Source of the DNA: a virus
Length of the DNA: 64,000 bases
Reading direction: 5' to 3' (one strand)
IMG/VR virus record: IMGVR_UViG_3300036770_001537
A program made the position numbers and the translations under genes. The notes below the pieces were generated by a model, which ran no database searches, was not told the origin of the DNA, and saw only the letters and a program-made list of their open reading frames with translations. Below are positions 49,286-58,176 of this stretch, piece by piece. Each line of letters begins with the position of its first letter. Within the stretch, counting starts at the first letter, position 1.

Positions 49286-49936
49286 TTGTCAATTATAGTA
49301 TTACAAAATGCACCTAGAAATTTAGACCTTATGTCTTTTAAAAGTGTGTTGGATTCTTATGGTGGTCTTGCGAAAACTTGTAGATTTGTTGTTAGAATAA
49401 ATCCAATAGGAATTTTTTTGCAACAGTTAAATTCCAACTCTATAACTAGAGATTTAATATATCTGACAGAAATTGCTGAAATGCCCGGAAAAGGATTTAT
49501 GAACGTCGATGTTAGATATTATGGACCCAATCAAAAACTTCCATTTCAAAGCACATATGAAGATGCCAACATGACATTCTTGTGTAGACAAGGTGCACGA
49601 GAAAGACAATTTTTTGATGATTGGATGTATGTCATTAATCCCACCAACCATTTTGATTTCACATACAGAGATGAGTATAGAAGTGATATTGATATTTTTC
49701 AGTACGATGACATTGGAGATGATAGAGGGAATCCAATTCCACAGTATAAGTTGACATTGAAAAATGCATATCCCTTGATGTTAAATCCTCAGCCTATGAC
49801 ATGGGCAGATCAATTGTTTCAAAGAGTAATTGTTAACTTTACATATACACATTGGGTTCGTGATGATTTCGTGCAACCATCACAATCAGATTTGGTTATT
49901 GGTAGACCAAATGACAGATTACCAATTAGTAGATAA
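49286..49936 (+). CDS. gp54: Baseplate tail tube initiator (tube-fold)
   Basis: GLAK..RF, EMPG, ERQFFDDW, AYP...VNFTY; TTG start with AGGAG RBS. Confidence 0.7.
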   Translation: MSIIVLQNAPRNLDLMSFKSVLDSYGGLAKTCRFVVRINPIGIFLQQLNSNSITRDLIYLTEIAEMPGKGFMNVDVRYYGPNQKLPFQSTYEDANMTFLCRQGARERQFFDDWMYVINPTNHFDFTYRDEYRSDIDIFQYDDIGDDRGNPIPQYKLTLKNAYPLMLNPQPMTWADQLFQRVIVNFTYTHWVRDDFVQPSQSDLVIGRPNDRLPISR

Positions 49937-49952
49937 TATGGAGATATAGAGA

Positions 49953-50672
49953 ATGCTTCCTAAAATTGACTTGCCTATTTATGAAATAAAATTGCCTTCG
50001 TCTGGAAAACCAGTGAAGATTAGACCGTTTGTCGTTCGTGAAGAAAAACTACTTCTCATTGCTTTAGAATCAGGAGATGAAAGAGAGATTATTGAAACCA
50101 CTAAGCAGATTGTGAATAATTGTTTGGTCGATAAAGTTGATATTGATAAGCTGCCGTTCTTTGATGTTGATTATATCTTTATTGCTCTTAGAGCCAAAGC
50201 AGTTGGCGATACTATTGATGTCAAATATACTTGCTATAATGAAGTAGATGGAACATCATGTGATAGTACCTTTCCTGCTAAAATTGATGTAATGAACTAT
50301 ACTTTACTCAAAGATGAAAACATCAAAGATAAAATTCAACTAACTGGAACACTGTCTGTCAAGATGAGGTATCCATCATATACTGTGATGAGATTACTAG
50401 ATTCTGATATGTCAAACTTTGATAAGAAGATTAATATTATTGCAGAATGTGTTGATATTGTAGCAGATAAGGAAAAAGTTTATACACGAAAAGATTACAC
50501 GAATGATGAACTTATAGATTTTATTGAGAATCTTCCACAACAGCAGTATAAAAGACTAGAAGAATTTGTTGATAATTTTCCATCTTTTGTCATTACATCC
50601 AAAGCTACTTGCCCAAAATGTAAGTATGAGCACACTTTAGATTACAGAGACTTTACCGATTTTTTCGTCTAA
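49953..50672 (+). CDS. gp26: Baseplate hub assembly protein
   Basis: MLPKIDLPIYE..LPS, RPFVVREEKLLL, FDVDYIF..LRAKAVG, C-terminal CPKC...DFF. Confidence 0.9.
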   Translation: MLPKIDLPIYEIKLPSSGKPVKIRPFVVREEKLLLIALESGDEREIIETTKQIVNNCLVDKVDIDKLPFFDVDYIFIALRAKAVGDTIDVKYTCYNEVDGTSCDSTFPAKIDVMNYTLLKDENIKDKIQLTGTLSVKMRYPSYTVMRLLDSDMSNFDKKINIIAECVDIVADKEKVYTRKDYTNDELIDFIENLPQQQYKRLEEFVDNFPSFVITSKATCPKCKYEHTLDYRDFTDFFV

Positions 50673-50878
50673 TGCTTGGTTACGATACACTGATGAATCA
50701 TTTTAAGACAAACTTTTCATTGATGCAACATCACAAATATAATTTAAGTGATATTGAAAATATGATGCCCTGGGAAAAGTTTGTTTATGTGGATATGTTG
50801 AGACAACATATTAAACATCAGGAAGATTTGGCTCGTGATCAAGCAGCAGCAATGAAAGCACAACAAAGAACGAGATAA
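50672..50878 (+). CDS. gp51: Baseplate hub assembly catalyst
   Basis: NFSLMQHHKYNLSDIENMMPWE. Confidence 0.9.
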   Translation: MLGYDTLMNHFKTNFSLMQHHKYNLSDIENMMPWEKFVYVDMLRQHIKHQEDLARDQAAAMKAQQRTR

Positions 50879-50881
50879 GAA

Positions 50882-53800
50882 ATGGCAAAAATAGACCCTA
50901 GCAAACTTACAGTAGATTTCAAATCTTTGATGAGACTTAGCATGTCTGATAGATATGCTATGGCACAAAGTTCTCAAGGTCAGAGTTATCTGGCATCATT
51001 AACTCCTACACAATTTGCTATGCTATTTCCAGATTATTATAGACAAAGATTGCCCGATATGGGAATATCTGGAAGAAGGGGGGCTTCTGCTCCTTCTGGT
51101 GCCGGTTCAAGACCTTCTGGCGGAACACCATCTAGTGGAGCATCTACATATACCCCACCAACTGCTGCACCTAGTACAACATCACCAACGCCTAAAGCAC
51201 AACCACAACAAGGAACTGAAGTTAAGCCATCATGGCAAAAAAGAATTGAAGAAATATTAAAACGCGATTCTCCGGGTTTTCAAATAAAAGAAGATACTGT
51301 CACAAAATCTTCTAGGATAGACCAAAGAGGATATGTCAACAAAGAAGATTTATATAAACAAGCAGTTTCTACTTTTAGAAGTTCTCCTCTAAACGGATTT
51401 GTTCCTAAAGATGGTGATAGATATGGAATAAGAAAAGGTACGCCTGAAGAATGGGCAAATCTTGCGATGAGAACTGTTGAAGTGGAATCTAGTTTTCGTG
51501 TTACAACCACAAATCCAAAAGATGAAGGTGGATCATTTGGGCTATTTCAATGGGGATATCATTATGGAATAAACAAAGACAATTGGAAAGACCCACAAGC
51601 ACAATTAGATGCGTTTGTTAAATATTCCAATCAGTGGGTTATAAATGGTGGTGGTTATATATTACCACCAGCAGATGTTAAAGGCGTTCGTAGATATGAT
51701 GGACATGGAGGGTTTGGTGCAGCATTTTCTACTTTTAGGGATGATAAAGTAAATTCTAAAGCTGCTTGGACAACATCAAAATCTATCGAAACATCCTTAG
51801 CTAGTCGTCAACAATCTGCACTAGAAAAATCATCAACAGCAACTCCTGGTGATCCTTCAAAAACAGGAACAACTGAGCAAACATCTTTGCGACCAAAAAC
51901 AATAACCGCCGATCCTAGACAACTTGAACAATTGAATAGAGAGCGTAAACATTTTTATAGTGGAAAATTGACTATGGAGGGGGTGGAATATACATTTGGT
52001 TCTGGTGGTAGAAAAGCAGGCTCTATGCCATATGGAACATTCGATATAACAGGATTGCATAGAAAAAGTCAATATAAATTTTTTGAAAACAATTCTTTCT
52101 ACGTCAAAGATATGTTTGATCCAAAAGTCGGTAGAAATAGAGTTGGTATGCTGATACACAGCCAAACAGATTTAGATAAGTTGTATAGTGCCGGATGTAT
52201 TGCTATAAGTAGAAAAGAATGGCCTAAATTTAAGGCACATCTACTGGATTACATGAAAAGAAGTGGTTCTATGTCAATAACTGTAAATCCAGATGGGACA
52301 GCATATATTGGACCTAAAGGCAGTGAGCCAACAACATCTGTTGCAGATGTTACTAAAGATTTCCCAAAACTACCTCAAGGCGTCGATCCAAAAGAAGCAA
52401 TGGAATTAGAAAAGAGGATGCCTAAAGATTTAAATCCTCAAATCGTAAAGTATATGAAAGAGAATATGTCTATTGAAGATAGACGGTCACTTTTAGATAA
52501 GCTAGAAAAGAAGCCGGAATTATTAACAGAACTTAATGGTCTTGCAGCAAAAACCATAGAAACAAAAAACAGTGAACCTGCTAAAAAACAGGCTGCTAAA
52601 ATTTTGACGGATGTTGTTAATGAAGATACTATGCCAGAATCGCTGTTGGACTTGAGGGTTAAGACATTTGATAGAGGCGATGTGACGCTGAGAGAACTCG
52701 GTGTAACTAAATTTTCAGAATTGACAAAGAAAGGGGGTCAGGCATTTGCAGGTGGTGCAAATGATAGGACCACAACATTGCTTGCAGGAGATATTCAACA
52801 ACATTTTGGTGAAAATTTTGGAAGAATCACTGCACAAAATGATTTATGGCATAAGTCTAACCGTGCTCCAGGAACAAGTCATAGAACAGGTAGAAAATTA
52901 GACTTCACTTTAAATGATGCTGATTATCGTGGTGGACATAAAAGACTATCAAAATATCTTGCGGAAAAATATGGAATGGAAGAAGGTAAAGATTTCAAGA
53001 TAATATCTAGACCACATGGCGACGGCCCACATATGGATTTTGAATTGACGCCTTCTGGTGGTAGAAAAGTATCGGCAGTATTAGAGCCTAGGACAGAGAA
53101 AGAAACTGAAGTTTCTAGAGAAGCAGCTTTACCAGCACAAGAAAAGCCAAATAAAATATTTGTTGCTGGTCTAGAAGATAGGGGTGAAAATTTTAAAGAA
53201 CAATCTGCTAGAATGGGTGCAGGAACTAAATCATTTAGACACAATTCTGATGTAAATGATATTATCAAATACGCAAAAGAAAATCCAGATGCACCAATAA
53301 CACTATTTAGTGCGGGAAATAAACACCTAAAGAGATTATTAGATGCAGGTATTGATGCCCGTAGAATAACCATGTCTGAGCCATATAAACCAGACCCTGA
53401 TACTGTCAGAGATTTTACTGCAAAAGGTGGAAATTATATATATGGCGATTCATTTTCTACTGGAAAATTTAGAGGCGTTGATGAATTACCAAATGCGAGA
53501 GCAAGACCCGGAAAAACACATTTTGATTCTATTGTACCATCTGCTATTCCAGTCCAGGAAAAGTCTCCACTAGAAACTGCATCCACACAACCACAGGCAG
53601 AAGGTGCTAATAAAATTAAAAAGGTTTTGGATGCAGGAAAGGGGTATACTAAAGTTGAGTATGAAGATGGTAGAGTAGAATTGAGAAAAGGGCAATTTGG
53701 ATGGAGAAATAACAACCCAGGAAATATAATAGCAGGAAAATTTGCGGAAAGTCAAGGTGCGATTCCAGGCGGTGGAAGATTTGCACTATTCCCAACGCTT

Positions 53801-54610
53801 GAGGCCGGTAATAAAGCGAGAAGAAATTTACTATTTGAAAGCGATTCTTATAAAGATTTGACAGTATCAGAAGCAATAAGAAAATGGGCACCACCGTCAG
53901 AAAATAATTCTGATGATTATGCGAGGAGGTTTGCTGCTGCCGCAGGTGTTCCACTTAATACTAAAATGAAAGACTTCACGGAAAAACAAAGAAATTTGGC
54001 AATGAAGTCTCAAGAAACCATTGAAGGTAATGCTCCAGGAACCATAGAAGTTATTAGAGAAGGTGTGTCACCAGCACCAGTACAAGAAGAGCAAAAAATA
54101 AATCCAATCCCAGGAACTGCTATTGTAGAGAAAGAAGATGAGGTTCCAGCAAAATATGCTGGTGGCGAAGTTCAAACAAGAGGTGATACGGCAACAGTAA
54201 TAAATGATAAAGGGGAGCCTCTAGCTAGAATCAATCCTGATAAAGAACAAATATCTCTTACTGGTACAGGAAATATTGATGTTCAACCAACATACAGAAC
54301 TGATCCAAGGGCACTAGAACAACAGAACGCACAAAGACAAGAAGTTGGAAATATTAATATAGATGATAGAATGCAGGAGATGTCTACAAATATTATGAAT
54401 CAGGTCAGACAAATGATTCCACAAGGAGGCAATCCAAATTGGGAATCTATGATGACTTCTATGGCAGCAGCAAGGACTTTATCTGAAAGCCCATCATATA
54501 CGTTCTCCAATGAATCGTTTAGACGGGCTATGGCTGGTGCTAGATTTGAAAAATCTGGTGATTCTGCACTCGGCGGACATTTTGAAGTAGCCAACAGTAA
54601 TTTGACATAA
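50882..54610 (+). CDS. Multidomain virion-associated cell-envelope hydrolase (hub/tape-measure region)
   Basis: SLT-like ES...GLFQW; H-x8-SAGC; M15-like H-x6-D...H; LFSAG elbow; RNNNPGNI...WAPP domains. Confidence 0.7.
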   Translation: MAKIDPSKLTVDFKSLMRLSMSDRYAMAQSSQGQSYLASLTPTQFAMLFPDYYRQRLPDMGISGRRGASAPSGAGSRPSGGTPSSGASTYTPPTAAPSTTSPTPKAQPQQGTEVKPSWQKRIEEILKRDSPGFQIKEDTVTKSSRIDQRGYVNKEDLYKQAVSTFRSSPLNGFVPKDGDRYGIRKGTPEEWANLAMRTVEVESSFRVTTTNPKDEGGSFGLFQWGYHYGINKDNWKDPQAQLDAFVKYSNQWVINGGGYILPPADVKGVRRYDGHGGFGAAFSTFRDDKVNSKAAWTTSKSIETSLASRQQSALEKSSTATPGDPSKTGTTEQTSLRPKTITADPRQLEQLNRERKHFYSGKLTMEGVEYTFGSGGRKAGSMPYGTFDITGLHRKSQYKFFENNSFYVKDMFDPKVGRNRVGMLIHSQTDLDKLYSAGCIAISRKEWPKFKAHLLDYMKRSGSMSITVNPDGTAYIGPKGSEPTTSVADVTKDFPKLPQGVDPKEAMELEKRMPKDLNPQIVKYMKENMSIEDRRSLLDKLEKKPELLTELNGLAAKTIETKNSEPAKKQAAKILTDVVNEDTMPESLLDLRVKTFDRGDVTLRELGVTKFSELTKKGGQAFAGGANDRTTTLLAGDIQQHFGENFGRITAQNDLWHKSNRAPGTSHRTGRKLDFTLNDADYRGGHKRLSKYLAEKYGMEEGKDFKIISRPHGDGPHMDFELTPSGGRKVSAVLEPRTEKETEVSREAALPAQEKPNKIFVAGLEDRGENFKEQSARMGAGTKSFRHNSDVNDIIKYAKENPDAPITLFSAGNKHLKRLLDAGIDARRITMSEPYKPDPDTVRDFTAKGGNYIYGDSFSTGKFRGVDELPNARARPGKTHFDSIVPSAIPVQEKSPLETASTQPQAEGANKIKKVLDAGKGYTKVEYEDGRVELRKGQFGWRNNNPGNIIAGKFAESQGAIPGGGRFALFPTLEAGNKARRNLLFESDSYKDLTVSEAIRKWAPPSENNSDDYARRFAAAAGVPLNTKMKDFTEKQRNLAMKSQETIEGNAPGTIEVIREGVSPAPVQEEQKINPIPGTAIVEKEDEVPAKYAGGEVQTRGDTATVINDKGEPLARINPDKEQISLTGTGNIDVQPTYRTDPRALEQQNAQRQEVGNINIDDRMQEMSTNIMNQVRQMIPQGGNPNWESMMTSMAAARTLSESPSYTFSNESFRRAMAGARFEKSGDSALGGHFEVANSNLT

Positions 54611-54633
54611 AAAAAGGGGCATTTCTGCCCCTT
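54608..54633. terminator. Terminator between the convergent hydrolase gene and gp32
   Basis: AAGGGGCA-GAAA-TGCCCCTT plus T run on the minus strand. Confidence 0.85.
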
Positions 54634-54638
54634 AATTC

Positions 54639-55571
54639 TTAGTCGTCTGCCAAAGCACGGAATGCTTTTAGATCATCATCGTCATCATCCATATCAAAAT
54701 CACTTGATACTGATTGACGCTTGGAAGCAGAAGCAAAAACATCTTCAGTTGGTGCAGAACGAACAACCTTGGGTTCTGACTTCAGTTCCAAAACATTCTC
54801 TAGTTTGGCTTTTAGTTCATCATAACTCTTGAAGTTGCTTGGATCAATAAATTCCTTAAGAGTATATTGCTTGTTCCAAACTGCTTCCATCTTAGAGTCA
54901 TCATTCGATAATGGTGAAGGGCCATCAAACAAAGACATATCATAGTTACGATAACCATCCACGTTACGAATACGAAGTTTGAAGTTCGCACCTTTCCAGA
55001 AATCAAATGGATTGAAAGCATTTGTTGGATTATACTGTGGATGTTCTGGTGAACGACCCTCCTCGTCAAATGGAGGATGCATTGCCTCACTGATCTTGTC
55101 AAAAATCTTCTTGCCATAACGGAATAGAAACACCTTACCTTCATTTTCAGGATGCTTGGGATCAGAGATGACATAGATGTTTGAGATGTAAGTTAGACGA
55201 CGTTTTTGAAGACGTGCTTGCTTACGTTGTGGAGAACCTTCATCAGAAGAAGCATTCCAAAGAACAGTATTATACTCTGAAACAGGGTCTTTCTGATTTA
55301 GTGTTGTCAGTGAGTTTTCAATATACCACTTTCCTGTTGGGCCTTTGAAACCATGAGTCCAAACACGAACCCAAGGAAGTGAATCTCCGTCTGCATCTGT
55401 GGTTGGTAGGAAACGAATTACAGCCATACCATTTCCAGACTTATCAACATCTGGTTGCCAGAAACGATTATCACCACCCTTTTCGGATTCTGGTGAATTG
55501 ATCTTGGCAATTTCCTTGGCTAGACGGTCTAGTGAACCTGATGATTTTTTGAGTGTAGCAAAGTTTGACAT
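54639..55571 (-). CDS. gp32: Single-stranded DNA-binding protein
   Basis: DKSGNGMAVIRFLP, WYIENSLTTL, YGKKIFDKI, KGANFKLRIR, acidic C-terminal tail. Confidence 0.96.
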   Translation of the reverse strand: MSNFATLKKSSGSLDRLAKEIAKINSPESEKGGDNRFWQPDVDKSGNGMAVIRFLPTTDADGDSLPWVRVWTHGFKGPTGKWYIENSLTTLNQKDPVSEYNTVLWNASSDEGSPQRKQARLQKRRLTYISNIYVISDPKHPENEGKVFLFRYGKKIFDKISEAMHPPFDEEGRSPEHPQYNPTNAFNPFDFWKGANFKLRIRNVDGYRNYDMSLFDGPSPLSNDDSKMEAVWNKQYTLKEFIDPSNFKSYDELKAKLENVLELKSEPKVVRSAPTEDVFASASKRQSVSSDFDMDDDDDDLKAFRALADD

Positions 55572-55631
55572 CGTATTTTCTCCGTATTGTTTGTATTACA
55601 GCTTGTCCACATCATTCATAACAATAAGTGT

Positions 55632-55671
55632 ATTATGACACGAAACTCTCTCCATGTCAAGAGTATTTATA
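55632..55671 (-). promoter_or_regulatory. Sigma70-like promoter (TTGACA-17-CATAAT) plus late promoter for gp32
   Basis: -35 at 55655-55660, -10 at 55632-55637; TATAAATA at 55664-55671. Confidence 0.75.
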
Positions 55672-55944
55672 ATCCATTTCAGCAAATTCTGCTTTTTTCT
55701 CTTGGAGAGTTTTGCCAAGATGCTTTCGCTTGTTGCCACAGAGGTGACAAGAACAATTCTTTAGATGTTCTGCGTTTTTGGTAGTCCAATCATCAATAAA
55801 CTCGTCATAATTTGATTGGACATAATATGAATGTGAAAATTTGTTCCGTGCAACCTTTTCTGCTTTATTACGCATCTTCATCTTCTGATGACGACGATCT
55901 GCACGTTTCTTATTCTTTGTTGGAAAATCATCCATGATATTCAT
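55657..55944 (-). CDS. Small basic hypothetical protein with a CxCxxC motif
   Basis: RADRRHQK...CSCHLCGN. Confidence 0.55.
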   Translation of the reverse strand: MNIMDDFPTKNKKRADRRHQKMKMRNKAEKVARNKFSHSYYVQSNYDEFIDDWTTKNAEHLKNCSCHLCGNKRKHLGKTLQEKKAEFAEMDYKYS

Positions 55945-56536
55945 CCATTTTCTGTTTGAGAATTGTCTTCAGTTTAGTCTCATCATAATCTAGGAAGGGT
56001 GTAACCTTCTCACACTTGATTCTGATCTTGGACCAAATTACATCATCTTCTCCTATAGTGCTGTTGAACTTGTCTGAGAATTTAATGAAACGGTTGAGAA
56101 CGCCTAGAGTATCTATGCCGATAACTCCATTCATGTGTAACTGAATGATTTGTGGATATTGGTTTTGTTTGGTTTGAAACAAACATTTTATATTAGATAC
56201 TGACATGAATGCCTTCTCTAGTTCATTCGTAAAAGTATATGAGAACGACTGCTTTCTTCTCATATACTTTATATATGTATCATGTCCTTCTTCTTCAAGA
56301 TAATCTCCGACCCAAGTTTTATCTATCAGGATGTTTGATACAAATAGGTCTACAAGTTCTTGGTCTTCATATTTCTTACTCAACTTATCAAAGAAGAATC
56401 TATCACGTCTTTTTTCAAAGGCTGTGATAGATGCTTTTGTCTTTCCTTGATATTTAAAGAAGTCATATGTGGGTCTACTGAAATGGTTCTTGACTGATAG
56501 GTACAGTTTATAAGTATCAAATGGTGATAGTTTCAC
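55928..56536 (-). CDS. gp59: Helicase loader
   Basis: YKLYLSVKNHF....YDFFKYQGK, FEKRRDRFFF.KL; adjacent to gp32/gp33. Confidence 0.88.
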   Translation of the reverse strand: MKLSPFDTYKLYLSVKNHFSRPTYDFFKYQGKTKASITAFEKRRDRFFFDKLSKKYEDQELVDLFVSNILIDKTWVGDYLEEEGHDTYIKYMRRKQSFSYTFTNELEKAFMSVSNIKCLFQTKQNQYPQIIQLHMNGVIGIDTLGVLNRFIKFSDKFNSTIGEDDVIWSKIRIKCEKVTPFLDYDETKLKTILKQKMDEYHG

Positions 56537-57063
56537 ACAGTATAACCTCGTTTGAGAAACTTTTGTGTTCTATAATCGGCCACCATATCTTTATTGTTGA
56601 CGATTAGTTTTTTATTTTTGATCGCATGATACATTTCTTCGGAGATGTATATCTTATGATCTATCAAAGAATATGACACGCAGCAATGTTTATAGTCAAA
56701 GTCTGCAAGCAATTCTTCTCGTGTTCTATAATCAGTCAATATGATTTGAATTGGAATTTGATTGTAAGTCATATCAAAATTATAAACTGATCGAATGTTT
56801 GGATTATTACGATATTTTGATTGAATCTCACACTTATTAGGATCACCATATTGACGAAGCCAACTTTTAATATCTTGTGGTGGAGCAATTATGTAGATAT
56901 CAATATCTCTCACTTCTTCACTGTTGAAACGAGATGGAAAAAATCCACCAGTCAAAACATAATGTTCTGATATCGGATGTATTACTGACATTCTCATCAC
57001 ATCATTGGCTGCTTTTTTCACAAACATAATTTCGTCGTAAACTTCTTTCTTTTCAAAATACAT
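56533..57063 (-). CDS. Pol-beta-type nucleotidyltransferase-like protein
   Basis: LTGG...S...RDIDIYI and QIIL...FDY.HC pattern typical of CCA/polyA-polymerase head domains. Confidence 0.6.
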   Translation of the reverse strand: MYFEKKEVYDEIMFVKKAANDVMRMSVIHPISEHYVLTGGFFPSRFNSEEVRDIDIYIIAPPQDIKSWLRQYGDPNKCEIQSKYRNNPNIRSVYNFDMTYNQIPIQIILTDYRTREELLADFDYKHCCVSYSLIDHKIYISEEMYHAIKNKKLIVNNKDMVADYRTQKFLKRGYTV

Positions 57064-57072
57064 AATATCACC

Positions 57073-57300
57073 TCAAAGGGGAAGTTTAATGGTATTTGAT
57101 TTTGGTAGGTAGTTAAGTTCTTCAGCTTCTACTTTGATCTTACTCTTGAGTAATGGAGATAGAAGTTTTGCTGCTACTTCTACCTCCATATCTCTTTCTT
57201 CACAATACATAACCACAGCATCCATATATGAAACATCTTTCATATAGACGATTTCTTCAATATCAAGAGAGAACTTCAACACTTCATCATTTTTCATCAT
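57073..57300 (-). CDS. gp33: Late transcription coactivator
   Basis: FSLDIE...SYMDAVV.YCE..DMEVE...LL...LKSKI..EAEELNYL. Confidence 0.88.
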   Translation of the reverse strand: MMKNDEVLKFSLDIEEIVYMKDVSYMDAVVMYCEERDMEVEVAAKLLSPLLKSKIKVEAEELNYLPKSNTIKLPL

Positions 57301-57311
57301 AACAAGACTCT

Positions 57312-57701
57312 TTAGTTGTAGGGTTGTAGTGAATGGTCGAAATCGTCTCTATCAACTGTGATGAATGAATGGCTGACAATGTTGAACTCATCAAGTTTCT
57401 TGAGGACGATATTTACATCAAAGTTCTTACACGAAAACAAATCGAACTCAATAAGTGAGGGAGAAACTTCATCCCATACGTGAATAGATAGATGCGAAAA
57501 GTCTAGAATGGCAACCGCAGTGTGTCCTTTGTTACCTTCCATATCAGAATATACAACAAGTGGACCACCAATAACTTTCATACCAACTAGGTCAATAACT
57601 TCGCAACACCAATCCGAAAGAGCAATTGCTTCTCTTGGTGGATTGTTAACATAAGCACGAACTATAACGTGTTTGTGTTCACGCAGTATGGGTTTTTTCA
57701 T
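57312..57701 (-). CDS. speD: Pyruvoyl-dependent decarboxylase proenzyme (AdoMetDC/SpeD family)
   Basis: KHVIV, GHTAVAILDFSHLSIHVW, DLFSC; start probably the ATG at 57701 (track start 57770 lies inside a hairpin). Confidence 0.75.
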   Translation of the reverse strand: MKKPILREHKHVIVRAYVNNPPREAIALSDWCCEVIDLVGMKVIGGPLVVYSDMEGNKGHTAVAILDFSHLSIHVWDEVSPSLIEFDLFSCKNFDVNIVLKKLDEFNIVSHSFITVDRDDFDHSLQPYN

Positions 57702-57730
57702 GGCATTAAGTTTATCTACCTCCGAATAAA

Positions 57731-57769
57731 AAGAAAATGGCAGTTTTGTTTGATCGTGGATAACTGCCA
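57731..57769 (-). terminator. Possible terminator/processing hairpin after the tmRNA
   Basis: TGGCAGTT-16nt-AACTGCCA followed by TTTTCTTTT. Confidence 0.45.
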
Positions 57770-57789
57770 ACCACTAGTACAATACGGAT

Positions 57790-58140
57790 GTACCCGACTG
57801 ATATATTCTGTTTCGAGGTCAATCAGTAAACCCAATGAGATTAAGCCGCTAGGCGTGTCTCAAATGGAGCATTATCGTTTGCTGCCTTTACGTTGTTTGG
57901 ACTAATTTTCGGTCGTTCCTTACCGGTATCTCCACTTTCTCCAATACGTCTGTCGATCCTATTTCGCCCCCATCAAAGATACACTGTCTGCACCATGCAT
58001 CAGCTCTCTCTTTAATGTTTTAGATATCATATTACATCAAGAGTGTTTTGCCTTAAAACTAAACTAATCAGTGTATCTGTGGTGGAGGCGTTGGGTACTG
58101 CCCCCAAGTCCAGTCCGTTCTTCAATTGCTTCAACGATAC
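57790..58140 (-). ncRNA. ssrA: Circularly permuted (two-piece) tmRNA
   Basis: Acceptor piece ends GGGGGCAGTACCCAACGCCTCCACCA (3' end at 58080). After a 108-nt spacer the coding piece starts GGGGGCGAAATAGGATCGAC at 57971. Stem has a G3:U pair. Tag ANDNAPFETRLAA* at 57882-57841. Outer ends approximate. Confidence 0.93.
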
Positions 58141-58145
58141 AGTCT

Positions 58146-58176
58146 TATTTATACCACACCCACACCAGGAAGTCAA
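58146..58176 (-). promoter_or_regulatory. Composite sigma70/late promoter for the tmRNA
   Basis: TTGACT-17bp-TATAAA with an extended TG; the -10 is part of TATAAATA. Confidence 0.75.

Noticed and set aside
57985-58010. Hammerhead ribozyme in the tmRNA spacer (CTGATG)
   Set aside because: It reads CTGATGC and lacks the GAAA core and matching stems.
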